Shown here piece by piece: positions 28,887 to 38,478 of a stretch of 64,000 nt of DNA. Each line of letters starts with the position of its first letter. The stretch's first letter is position 1. The stretch lies in contig JAGVWX010000020.1 of assembly GCA_018304105.1 (NCBI GenBank), positions 27,111-91,110 on the forward strand. Direction: 5' to 3'. Origin of the DNA: Candidatus Pacearchaeota archaeon. GTDB taxonomy: Archaea > Nanobdellota > Nanobdellia > Pacearchaeales > GW2011-AR1. The position numbers and the translations under genes were made by a program. Under the pieces are notes generated by a model. That model saw nothing but the letters and a program-made list of their open reading frames with translations, ran no database searches and was not told the DNA's origin.

Positions 28887-31800
28887 TTACAAGAAAAGAG
28901 GTAGGCAGCAAAGTGAAATATTTTATCTTAGCTTCGGCTTTTTTACTAATCGTTATATTCTCTGCGGTCAAAACGACAGCAGTAGATCCAAGCTGGAGTG
29001 TTTCAAGTCCTGTGAATACAACATCTGGACAGGAGGATCAAACACAAGTATATTCTTATAATCTAACGGCAAACATTTCAAATCCAGACCCAAGTATGAT
29101 ATTCGAATTTTATAATTCCCCATCGGGCGATAAACCCATTATTTCAGACGTGCACGGAATAAACAAAGATGTTTCCTTCTTTCATTGGATTTCATTAAAT
29201 GGCACGACGGGCATCTTGAAGATAAATGCAACAAGAGACAACGAAACAGCGATTTATAATATTAGTATTAATCTTGATTTCAACGGAGAAAGCATGGGCT
29301 CAAGAATGTTTGTTTTCAACATCACCGCCATCAACGACCGTCCATACTTTGTAAGTCTGGCAAACCAGTCATTCAATCGCTCAAGTTTGTTTGAATACAT
29401 AGTAAACGTATCCGACGAAGAAAGCAACACGCCTTACTCCATGAACATAACCTTCTTAAACTGCTCGGTGGCTGCCTGGTCAACACGAAACTGCAGCGGC
29501 TCTTACCCTAATTTGACTTTGTTCAATTCTTCGCAATACAGTTTTAGCGGAAACCAATTAAACATTTCATTCACTCCTTCCAGAAACGATGTAGGAAACT
29601 ACACGATAAACTTCACAGTTATCGATTCAGGAAACACAACCCTGCCGCATAACGCCTCAACAAGCCAGATAGTTTTGTTCGAAGTTCTAAACATAAATGA
29701 AATTCCTTATTTTACTTTCGTCTGCAACACAAGCCAAAGCGCAAGTGCAAGGGAGGACTTGCAATTCCCTTGTTATATCAATGCTACAGATATAGATGAA
29801 CTAAACAATTTAACTTTCTCAGCAAACTACACATGGTTCAATTTCTCAGAAAGCAATGCAAGTTCAGTTAATATTTCGGGCCAGTACAATTTTAGCACGC
29901 TTGTAAAAATCAACGCCACAGACCTTCAGGTAGGAAACTGGTCTATAAATATCACAATCACAGATAGGGGCGTGCCAACCGCATCAAACTCAACAATCCT
30001 CAACTTATTTTTCGCGAATATTAACGACTCAGTTTCACTCCAAAGCATACCAGATATCACAGCTTATACCAGCCAGACATATGCCGTTTTGGTAAACGCA
30101 ACAGATAACGACTTGTTAATCCCAGATAAAACAGTTTTAAACGAGGCATTAACTTTCACAACAAATAACACTTTTGTAACAGTCTCGAACCAATTATACT
30201 TTTCAGGAACAAACAGGTCGCAAGTAACCTTGAGTTTCGACCCAAACAATTTCACATCAGGCTTAAATTCAATTAACGTTACTGTCCGCGACAAAGACAA
30301 TAATTCAATTTCTTCGGACATATTCACGATAAACATTTCAGACAACAGCGCGCCATTATGGAACGCAACCATGGAAACAAATTTCACCCTTATTGAAGGC
30401 ACTGAATTTTATTTGAATTTAAGCCAGAATGTAACAGACACAGAAGCTATCAATTTCTCCCTGGCAGTAACAAGCTCATACGAGTTTGACATGACCATAA
30501 ATCAAACAACAGGAGTAATAAATTTCACTCCAACAGATGATGATGTAGGATTTCATGAGGTTACAATAACCGCTACCGACGGCAAAACTCCATCAACAAA
30601 AGGCTTTAACTTCACAGTCAACAACACGCCAGACACTCCGGTATTCAAGGAATTATTTGTCCAGAACGGAACACTAGTTGGCGGAAACATAAACCTCACA
30701 GAAGACACTCCAATAGGATTGCTTCTTCAGATAGAAGACGACGACCTTCTCATAGAACAAACAAATTTCTACCCCGAAAGTTTCACTATCAGCTCAAACA
30801 TCACAGGTCCAAACTCTTCTCTTTTCCAGTTCAGCTTGCAATTCCCCGCACCAAACAATGTCTATCAATTTAATTCATATTTCACCCCAAGAAAAGCAGA
30901 CATTGGCGTATACAACTTAACATTCAATGTCACGGATGCCGCAGGAAAAAGCATGACAGTTTACTTTAACCTCACGATAAACGAAACCCTGCACTCGCCG
31001 AATATAACAACCAGCATCGCCAACACAAACCTCTCTATCTTGAATGAATCCTTTTACATAGACGTAAACGCAACAGACGTAGAAGACGGAGCAGACGGAG
31101 CCAACTCCAATTTAACTTTCAGAATACAAAACCTCACAACGGGAGGAAATTTTCTTACTGTGAACTCAAGTACTGGTGTGATAAATTTCACGAGCAACTC
31201 CAGCCTCGGAGGAAAGTGGCAGTTCAGGCTGTTTGTCAATGACACCGACGGCAGTGAAGATTCTGAATACTTCAATCTCACAATATATAATTATCCGGTA
31301 ATCTCATTGCCCAATTCCACTTACACGTTTCATTTAGTAGAAAATACTACAGCAGTTCTAAACTTTTCAGTAAACCATACTGTGCAGGATAATCTGAATT
31401 TCACACTCCTAGTCAACGGAGTGGTTCAAAACTCCACATTCGGCTATGGAAATAATTCAGCATTTCTATGGAATTACACGCCTGATTTCACGATGGAAAC
31501 CATTTGTTCTGGAGCGGTAAATCTTACCTTGAACGTTTCAAATCCAAAGTTAAGTAACACAACAAGTTGGCTAGTGACAATTAATCATACCAATTCTCCA
31601 CTTACCTTCGCATCAAATATTTCCGCCCAGTCCGGCGGAACACCAATAACATTAGCGCTCTCTAATTATTTCTCCGACGTGGATGCTTCGGATGCCTGTG
31701 CGAATCAAACAGTTGGATTTAATTACACGCAAATAGCCGATTCGGCGTCAGGTGGCGTCATATCTGTTTCAATAGTAAATTGGTCCGGAAGTGGAACCTC

Positions 31801-32680
31801 TCCAAGTGCAACGTTTTCCGCAGAAACCGATGGTTCGGCAAACTTCTCAATCACGGCTTACGAATACAATTCATCAAATTCTTCCCAAGTATTGGCAAGT
31901 CGGGTAAGCAACAACTTCTCTGTCTCATTGGTTGTTGCAGACTCTACTTCTACCCCCCAGGTTAGCAGTGGGGGCGGCGGTGGTTCAAGAACTAGGATTG
32001 TTTCACTTAAGATTTTAGTGCCTGAACCGGTTTCAGCAAAACAAAAAGACAAATTGATTATTCCATTAAGCTTGGAGAACGACGGTGACTTGGACTTGAG
32101 CAGAATTTATCTTGATGCAGTTATTGCTAAAGATGGAGCAATACGCAGCGACTTAGTTGCCTCATTTGACCAGTCATATTTTGAAAGTTTGAAAGCTGGC
32201 GCGAAGGAGAACGTTACGATGGTAGTTGACATAGACACGAGTTCGGTCGGCTTATTTGAAGTCACCATAAACGCGACAGTTGAGTCGCCTGCCTATTTCG
32301 ACTGGGCAAAATTCTACATAGAAATAGAAGAAGACAAGACTGTCTTGGAAAAAATAATTTTCACAGAAGAATTCATAATAGGAAACCCTCAATGCGCAGA
32401 ACTGGTAGACTTGATTAACGATGCCAAAAAATTATTCGATGAAGGCAAAGAGCTCGAGGCTGCGGCAAAAGCAGAAGAAGCTTTAAGCGCATGCAACAAG
32501 GCGATAACCCAGCCCCCTCGGCCAAGAATTTACGAAAGGCTCAGTGATAAATTTATAGGATTCACAGCAATCGCAAGCCTTCTTGCCTTCGGCTTAGGTT
32601 TCGCATATTATACTTACAGGAAAGTATCCCTGAACAGGCAGCTCGGCATAAGCTTTAGGAAAAATTTAATAACGAGCTAG
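28883..32680 (+). CDS. Large surface glycoprotein (about 1265 aa) with tandem cadherin/Ig-like repeats
   Basis: Likely ATG at 28883 (ATGA overlap); very many N-x-S/T sequons; NATD/ND.P repeats; SSGGGGG linker; C-terminal TM. Confidence 0.85.
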   Translation: MITRKEVGSKVKYFILASAFLLIVIFSAVKTTAVDPSWSVSSPVNTTSGQEDQTQVYSYNLTANISNPDPSMIFEFYNSPSGDKPIISDVHGINKDVSFFHWISLNGTTGILKINATRDNETAIYNISINLDFNGESMGSRMFVFNITAINDRPYFVSLANQSFNRSSLFEYIVNVSDEESNTPYSMNITFLNCSVAAWSTRNCSGSYPNLTLFNSSQYSFSGNQLNISFTPSRNDVGNYTINFTVIDSGNTTLPHNASTSQIVLFEVLNINEIPYFTFVCNTSQSASAREDLQFPCYINATDIDELNNLTFSANYTWFNFSESNASSVNISGQYNFSTLVKINATDLQVGNWSINITITDRGVPTASNSTILNLFFANINDSVSLQSIPDITAYTSQTYAVLVNATDNDLLIPDKTVLNEALTFTTNNTFVTVSNQLYFSGTNRSQVTLSFDPNNFTSGLNSINVTVRDKDNNSISSDIFTINISDNSAPLWNATMETNFTLIEGTEFYLNLSQNVTDTEAINFSLAVTSSYEFDMTINQTTGVINFTPTDDDVGFHEVTITATDGKTPSTKGFNFTVNNTPDTPVFKELFVQNGTLVGGNINLTEDTPIGLLLQIEDDDLLIEQTNFYPESFTISSNITGPNSSLFQFSLQFPAPNNVYQFNSYFTPRKADIGVYNLTFNVTDAAGKSMTVYFNLTINETLHSPNITTSIANTNLSILNESFYIDVNATDVEDGADGANSNLTFRIQNLTTGGNFLTVNSSTGVINFTSNSSLGGKWQFRLFVNDTDGSEDSEYFNLTIYNYPVISLPNSTYTFHLVENTTAVLNFSVNHTVQDNLNFTLLVNGVVQNSTFGYGNNSAFLWNYTPDFTMETICSGAVNLTLNVSNPKLSNTTSWLVTINHTNSPLTFASNISAQSGGTPITLALSNYFSDVDASDACANQTVGFNYTQIADSASGGVISVSIVNWSGSGTSPSATFSAETDGSANFSITAYEYNSSNSSQVLASRVSNNFSVSLVVADSTSTPQVSSGGGGGSRTRIVSLKILVPEPVSAKQKDKLIIPLSLENDGDLDLSRIYLDAVIAKDGAIRSDLVASFDQSYFESLKAGAKENVTMVVDIDTSSVGLFEVTINATVESPAYFDWAKFYIEIEEDKTVLEKIIFTEEFIIGNPQCAELVDLINDAKKLFDEGKELEAAAKAEEALSACNKAITQPPRPRIYERLSDKFIGFTAIASLLAFGLGFAYYTYRKVSLNRQLGISFRKNLITS

Positions 32681-32708
32681 AGTTATTTCACTTGTAAGAA
32701 GAGGTAAA

Positions 32709-33731
32709 ATGCCAATTAAAAAAAAGAGCGAATATGATAAATTTATCCCGGAAAAGGCCGGGAGAGCAGACGAACAGGAAATAAAGGGGGCGGCAGAACT
32801 TCTGAGCGCAATGAAATTAGAAGTTGGAAAAGCTTTCTTCGGCCATGAAGAAGTCGTTGATTCATTGTTAAGGGCACTGCTTTGCAACGGGCACGTTCTG
32901 CTTGAAGGAGTTCCTGGAATAGCTAAAACGCTTGCAATTAAGACCCTTGCAAAAATTACTGGCTGTGCTTCAAAGAGAATACAGTTTACCGTGGACTTAT
33001 TGCCTACAGATATCATCGGTCTCACGACTTACGACCCAAACAGGGGCTTTGAAGTAGTAAAAGGGCCCATCTTTGCAAACTTCGTCATAGCTGACGAGAT
33101 AAACAGAAGCCCTCCAAAAACTCAATCCGCTCTTTTAGAAGCAATGCAGGAAAAGCAGGTTTCTATCGGAAAAGAAACATACGATTTGCCAGACCCATTT
33201 TTCGTAATGGCAAGCCAGAACCCTCTCGAGACCGAAGGCGTCTATTCCCTCCCAGAAGCTCAAGTGGACAGATTCATTTTCAAAGTTGTATTTGGTTACC
33301 CAAAACAGGAATTTGAAGAAAGAGTTATGGAAGAAAACACAACCTTCAAGAAATTTGAAGACATAGACTTGAAATCTTTAACTTCTCCGGAAAAGATAAT
33401 CGACTTGCAGCATTTGACTCATAAGGTTTACATCGATGAAAAAATCAAGAAATATATAATTGGGATAGTAAACTTAACAAGAAACAAAAATTTCAAATAC
33501 GGGGAATATATTGAAATAGGCGCATCTCCAAGGGCAAGCATTAACCTTTACATCGCAGCAAAAGCCCAAGCCCTATTGCAAGGAAAGTCTTATGTCATTC
33601 CTTCAGATGTAGACAAGGTGGTTTACGACGTTCTTCGGCACAGGTTAATTCTTACATACAAAGCCCAGGCTGAAAATGTAACTCCTGAAATGATCATTGA
33701 CGAGATTTTGCGGGTTGCTCAGTCCGGTTGA
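32709..33731 (+). CDS. moxR: MoxR family AAA+ ATPase
   Basis: HVLLEGVPGIAKT, RIQFTVDLLPTDIIG, DEINRSPPKTQSALLEAMQE, GASPRA. Confidence 0.95.
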   Translation: MPIKKKSEYDKFIPEKAGRADEQEIKGAAELLSAMKLEVGKAFFGHEEVVDSLLRALLCNGHVLLEGVPGIAKTLAIKTLAKITGCASKRIQFTVDLLPTDIIGLTTYDPNRGFEVVKGPIFANFVIADEINRSPPKTQSALLEAMQEKQVSIGKETYDLPDPFFVMASQNPLETEGVYSLPEAQVDRFIFKVVFGYPKQEFEERVMEENTTFKKFEDIDLKSLTSPEKIIDLQHLTHKVYIDEKIKKYIIGIVNLTRNKNFKYGEYIEIGASPRASINLYIAAKAQALLQGKSYVIPSDVDKVVYDVLRHRLILTYKAQAENVTPEMIIDEILRVAQSG

Positions 33732-33736
33732 TTAAA

Positions 33737-34642
33737 ATGGATAAACAAAGATTTCTGAAGGCAGACATTGCAGGAGCAATTTCAGACTTGCAGGCCTCTA
33801 TGAAAGAGTTTCTGCTCAAGCGCCGGCTCTATCGCCTTTTGCTCAGGGGAAAAGGCTTGGAATTCGAGTCTTACCGCACCTATGCTCCGGACGACGATGC
33901 CGGCTCAATAGACTGGAAAGCAAGTAGGAGGGCAAACTCATTATTAGTAAAACAATATCGCGATGAAAGAAACCTTAGAGTTGTCTTTCTTGTCGACGTA
34001 GGTGCAAATATGGTCTTCGGCTCAGTAGAAAAACTAAAATGTGAATATGCTGCAGAAGTTGTCGCAGCTTTCTCTTATCTCATTACCACAACAGGCGACA
34101 AACCAGGGTTCATTTTTTTCTCAGACAAAGTAAACGATTACATAAAACCCTCGCGTGGAAAAAAACACTTCAGCCAGTTCACAGATTACATCACAGAAAC
34201 GAAAAACTATGGAAAGTTTTCCAATTTAGACATCGGCCTTGAATTTGCATTAAATTATATAGGAAAAGATGTAGAATCGTTGGTTATTGTTTCTGACTTT
34301 TTATCTTTTCAGGAGAGTACTAAAATAAATCTTTCTTTCATAGCCAAAAAATTCGAAACAACGGCTTTAATGATAAGAGACCCGTTAGACAATACTCTTC
34401 CGGATATTTCTGGAGAAATTGTAGTCGAAGATCCAAAATCCGGCCAGCAGCTTCTTGTCAATCCAAAGGTTGCCAGAGAAGCCTATGAAAAATATTCCAG
34501 CGCACAGCAGGAATCTGTAAGAAAAGCTTGCTTGGCCAGCAACATTGATCTTCTGGAAATTCTGACTGACAAACCTTTCGTACCAACACTGTCTAGCTTT
34601 CTGAAGAGCAGGGTAAGGCAAAGAGCGAGGATTCCAATATGA
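33737..34642 (+). CDS. DUF58 protein
   Basis: GKGLEFESYRTYAPDDD..IDWKAS. Confidence 0.9.
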   Translation: MDKQRFLKADIAGAISDLQASMKEFLLKRRLYRLLLRGKGLEFESYRTYAPDDDAGSIDWKASRRANSLLVKQYRDERNLRVVFLVDVGANMVFGSVEKLKCEYAAEVVAAFSYLITTTGDKPGFIFFSDKVNDYIKPSRGKKHFSQFTDYITETKNYGKFSNLDIGLEFALNYIGKDVESLVIVSDFLSFQESTKINLSFIAKKFETTALMIRDPLDNTLPDISGEIVVEDPKSGQQLLVNPKVAREAYEKYSSAQQESVRKACLASNIDLLEILTDKPFVPTLSSFLKSRVRQRARIPI

Positions 34643-35559
34643 CAATAGAAATCATCAGGCCAGCTTATTTGATTCTTCTTGGAGTCATACCGGTAATAAT
34701 TCTCCTGCATTTTTTCATGTTGAAGAAAAAAAGAAGTCACGCCCTTCGCTTCGCAAACTTTCAGGCACTAGCCAGAGTAAGCGGCGTAGACCTTCTGTCA
34801 AAAAACATTTTTATCTTAATTCTCACAATAGCAATCGCAGCTCTTCTTGTCTTCTCTCTCGCCGGCGTCAAAGTCCAAAGAACAGTTTACTCCAGCTCTT
34901 TTTCTTATGTCATAGCAATTGACTCGTCTTCAAGCATGGAAGCGACAGACTTTTCTCCAAATAGGCTGGAAGTCGCAAAAATCTCCGCAACCGATTTTGT
35001 AAACTCCGCGCCTTCAGGAACAAAAATCGGGGTGATTTCATTTTCAGGAAACGCTTTCATGGAGCAAGACCTGACAGAAGACAAGGACTCTTTGTCCAAC
35101 TCAATCAAAAACATCCCTATAAGCTCAATCGGCGGCACAGATATTGGGGAGGCGATAATCACCGGGACAAACATTTTGGAAGGCGAAGAAGCAAAGTCAA
35201 TTATAATATTGAGCGACGGCAGAATAAACATAGGCACAATTGAAAATGCAATAGCTTATGCAAACAATCATGACGTAACGATTCATTCGATGGGCATCGG
35301 AACCCAAGCAGGCGGGGTAACAAGTTACGGCCTTTCAAAAATAGATGAAGACGCTCTCAAGGCCATTGCGCATAATACTAACGGGAAATATTTTAAGATA
35401 GAATCTTCGGAAGCCATATCAGATTCATTCGGCCAGATAATCGAACTGAAATTCAAGAGAACCAGCGTAGACATTACGCCATATCTGACGTTAATAACCC
35501 TCGTGTTATTCTTTTTAGAATATATCCTGATAAGCACAAGATTTAGAATCTTGCCTTAA
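34639..35559 (+). CDS. VWA-domain membrane protein (BatA-like)
   Basis: N-terminal TMs, MIDAS DSSSSM, GGTDIG, LSDG. Confidence 0.9.
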   Translation: MTIEIIRPAYLILLGVIPVIILLHFFMLKKKRSHALRFANFQALARVSGVDLLSKNIFILILTIAIAALLVFSLAGVKVQRTVYSSSFSYVIAIDSSSSMEATDFSPNRLEVAKISATDFVNSAPSGTKIGVISFSGNAFMEQDLTEDKDSLSNSIKNIPISSIGGTDIGEAIITGTNILEGEEAKSIIILSDGRINIGTIENAIAYANNHDVTIHSMGIGTQAGGVTSYGLSKIDEDALKAIAHNTNGKYFKIESSEAISDSFGQIIELKFKRTSVDITPYLTLITLVLFFLEYILISTRFRILP

Positions 35560-35646
35560 ATTATAATTTACCTCACCGGTCGCATTACATTCAATAATAT
35601 CTTATCAAAAAGTGTAGAGTTTTATCATCAATCGTATTATTCTTTC

Positions 35647-36573
35647 TTAACCAGCGATTGCTTTTTGAGAGTCTATTTTTTTCTTAATTCTCTCAAGATT
35701 GTCCAAGCTTCCAATTTTCTTATAACTATTCGGTTCTTCTTCAGGATATTTAACTTCCTTTCTCGAAAGCACTTCTTTTTTGTAAGGAATTATCTCAATT
35801 ATTTCCGCGCGCCCGATTTCGTCTTTTTCTTCCACGCTTCTTTTTATAATTTCCAAATCCTTGCTCTTCGGATTGAAAAAGTTCGTCAGAATTCTTTTTT
35901 CGGTATTCGTCTGCATCGCTGGTTTGTTCAAATCCTTGCTAAGATAATTTTCAACCTTTGTTATCTCAACTTCGTCAAACTCCGAAGCAAGAAGTTTCTT
36001 CCTTAGCTCAGAAATTTCAAACCCCCTTCTCAGTCCTTCTTTCATATATCTCAGAATGTTTGCGTTAAGCTCAACCTGGCTATTCTGAGCTGGACTTTGC
36101 TTGACAGCAACTTGAATCTTCGCTTCTTTTATTTCTCTTTTCTCCTTTTTCAAAATAAAAAATCTCATCTCCAAAATAAGTGATTGAAGCAAATTCCGGT
36201 CTAAATTTTCTCCGGAATAAAGCGCTTCCTGCATCTTCTGGCAAAATGCTGCTTCTTTCAGCATTTGCTTTTTGTTCAGGCTCTCGATTAGCTGAGCATA
36301 TTTTCCCATAGCATTTAGGCCGAGTTCTTCGGAAAAAAACTCCCTCGCGACTTTATCCAGCGAGATAACAAATCCGTTAGGATCCGATTGCAGTGCCGCC
36401 GTAGCAGAAAGTTTTCTTTGATAATAAGTCTCCTCGTATTCTTTCTTTACTTTTGCCTTCTTTCCAAGTTTTATCTCTACAACAGTTAAAACTATTATCG
36501 CACTAACAATCAAGACAAGCGCAGCCAAAAAAATCGGCAGCGGAATTGCAAATATCGAAATGTTTAAAGCCAT
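35647..36573 (-). CDS. Membrane-anchored hypothetical protein
   Basis: N-terminal TM, 308 aa. Confidence 0.7.
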   Translation of the reverse strand: MALNISIFAIPLPIFLAALVLIVSAIIVLTVVEIKLGKKAKVKKEYEETYYQRKLSATAALQSDPNGFVISLDKVAREFFSEELGLNAMGKYAQLIESLNKKQMLKEAAFCQKMQEALYSGENLDRNLLQSLILEMRFFILKKEKREIKEAKIQVAVKQSPAQNSQVELNANILRYMKEGLRRGFEISELRKKLLASEFDEVEITKVENYLSKDLNKPAMQTNTEKRILTNFFNPKSKDLEIIKRSVEEKDEIGRAEIIEIIPYKKEVLSRKEVKYPEEEPNSYKKIGSLDNLERIKKKIDSQKAIAG

Positions 36574-36622
36574 CTCATTACATTGAATCTTGTATATATA
36601 AAAACTTTATTACTAGGCCAGA

Positions 36623-36973
36623 ATGAAAATTCGCTTCAATAAAAAATCGTTTTCGTTGGATGTAAAGACAGTAAGCCCCTTCGGAAAATTTACCGGTTTA
36701 ATGTTCAAATCCAGAAACACAAGCAATCTCTTGTTCAAATTTCATCAAAACGAGCTCTGCACAATCCACTCTTTCTTTGTTTTCTTTCCATTCTTAGCGA
36801 TTTGGTTGGATAAAAACAATAACGTTCTGGAGTGGAATTTTGTCAGGTCGTTTACGCTTGCAGTCACTCCAAAAAATTCTCCGGCAATGCTCATTGAACT
36901 GCCCCTAAACAGAAAAAACCTCGATATATTCAGTTTATTCGTCGATAAAAAGGAAACATTTAAATATCTCTAG
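36623..36973 (+). CDS. DUF192 family protein
   Basis: GLMF, IHSFFVFFPFLAIWLD, IELP. Confidence 0.8.
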   Translation: MKIRFNKKSFSLDVKTVSPFGKFTGLMFKSRNTSNLLFKFHQNELCTIHSFFVFFPFLAIWLDKNNNVLEWNFVRSFTLAVTPKNSPAMLIELPLNRKNLDIFSLFVDKKETFKYL

Positions 36974-37005
36974 TCATAGCACTACTCATCTAAAGGAGGT
37001 GAGCA

Positions 37006-37143
37006 ATGGGAAAGATTGTCGTAAAAAAGGTCATCACAAGGAAGCCAGGTCATTTATACTATGTTGACGGCCAGGGAAATGTCTGTGAGGCTGTTATGGC
37101 AAGAGGCGGCCGAAAGAAAAAGGCAGCCAAAAAGAAGAGATAA
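37006..37143 (+). CDS. Small basic, putative nucleic-acid-binding protein (45 aa)
   Basis: MGKIVVKKVITRKPGHLYYVDGQGNVCEAVMARGGRKKKAAKKKR; strong SD AAGGAGGTGA, own TATA box and T-rich terminator. Confidence 0.8.
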   Translation: MGKIVVKKVITRKPGHLYYVDGQGNVCEAVMARGGRKKKAAKKKR

Positions 37144-37153
37144 TTCTTCATAA

Positions 37154-37203
37154 GTTTTTACTTTTTATTTTAATTAATTTATTTTTATGATTTTATTTTA
37201 TTT
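37154..37203 (+). terminator. Oligo-T terminator tract
   Basis: Several T5-T6 runs directly after the 45-aa gene. Confidence 0.55.
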
Positions 37204-37234
37204 GCGTATCTTATTCGAGGTCTAATACATAAAC

Positions 37235-37777
37235 ATGGAAAATCAAGATGAAAAACTAGGAAGTTGGTTGGCGTGGCTGTTTGGTTTTTACATTATAGCG
37301 GGGATTGCTCTTTCACTATCCTTTTCTGGAAGGAGTGTGACCAGTTTAATCTATGGGGTATTTGAGTTTCTTGTCGGGGGAGTTATACCTGGCTGTGAAT
37401 TTTCAAATTGGACACCATGTTTTTTACACACGGTTATGTCTCTATTTAGCTTGATTCTAAGTATTCTAGCTTTTGCTCTTTTGTTTAATGCAGAGAAAGG
37501 CTGGCCGAGAAACGTCTCAAAGATCGTTCTGATATTCAACCAGATTCCGAACTCAATTTTTCCATTAATTTACCTCTTGACAACCATCTTTCTAGGAGGC
37601 ACAATATCTTCTCTGTTTTATTTTACAGGAATAATTGAGATTATTTTAAGTTTAATTCTAATCTGCTTAATTATTTTCTTTGATAAGGAAAAATCGCCAA
37701 GAACAATCAAAGTGTTTACAATAGTCCTCTTCGTATTAATACTTCTGTTATATTTTGTACCATATATCATCCGTTGA
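37235..37777 (+). CDS. Polytopic membrane hypothetical protein
   Basis: 180 aa, about five TM segments. Confidence 0.65.
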   Translation: MENQDEKLGSWLAWLFGFYIIAGIALSLSFSGRSVTSLIYGVFEFLVGGVIPGCEFSNWTPCFLHTVMSLFSLILSILAFALLFNAEKGWPRNVSKIVLIFNQIPNSIFPLIYLLTTIFLGGTISSLFYFTGIIEIILSLILICLIIFFDKEKSPRTIKVFTIVLFVLILLLYFVPYIIR

Positions 37778-37820
37778 ATAATCTCCTTATCTCTTCTCGG
37801 ACAGCAAACACGGCGCAAAG

Positions 37821-37850
37821 TTTAAATAAAGTTATATCCATTGATATAAC
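37821..37850 (+). promoter_or_regulatory. TATA box plus inverted-repeat operator of the TA operon
   Basis: TTTAAATA followed by the perfect inverted repeat GTTATATC-N4-GATATAAC abutting the ATG at 37851. Confidence 0.65.
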
Positions 37851-38138
37851 ATGAAAAACGAAGATGTAAAGGAAATTTTGAGATATCCGAGATTAGATAC
37901 CGTGCTTATGGTAGAATTATTCGTCAAAGAACACGACGGCGAATACAAAAAGAGTGCGCTATGGGAAAAACTGCCAAAGAAAGTGATGTACCAAACGTTT
38001 TGCGTGATAATTGATTATTTATTATACTCACACAAAATTTCGATTGACGCCGAGGGAAAAATTGGCTGGATTTATTATCCGAAAATTGTCCGTAAGTACG
38101 CTGGTCGCACAGATTTAACGTGGAGACCACGATCATAA
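37851..38138 (+). CDS. Putative antitoxin / winged-helix DNA-binding protein
   Basis: PRLDTVLMVE...LWEKLPKKVMYQTF..IIDYL..S.KI; small, upstream of a RelE-like ORF and behind an operator. Confidence 0.65.
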   Translation: MKNEDVKEILRYPRLDTVLMVELFVKEHDGEYKKSALWEKLPKKVMYQTFCVIIDYLLYSHKISIDAEGKIGWIYYPKIVRKYAGRTDLTWRPRS

Positions 38139-38141
38139 CAG

Positions 38142-38478
38142 ATGGAACTTCCTTCGACAATTAAATTTGCAGATGAAAAAATAAGAGATTCGTTTGAACA
38201 ACTTGAAAAAGAAGACCCTTTACTCTACAAAACATTATCGCACGCATTTCTCTCTATTCAGCGTAACGCATTCTGTAGCATTCAGATTCCAAAAAATTTA
38301 ATTCCAAAAGAATACACGCAAAAGTATGGCGTTACTAATTTATGGAAGTACGACCTTCCGAAAGGTTGGCGATTGCTTTATTCAATTGCTCGGGAAGAAG
38401 TTATAGTCGTTTCAATTATTTTAGAATGGATGACGGATGACCCATAAAGAATACGAACGGAGGTTTCATTACCAATGA
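38142..38478 (+). pseudogene. RelE/ParE-like toxin frameshifted near its C-terminus
   Basis: NLWKYDLPKGWRLLYSI; duplicated GGATGAC (38428-38441) gives a premature TAA at 38447; removing one copy restores WMTHKEYERRFHYQ*. Confidence 0.7.
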
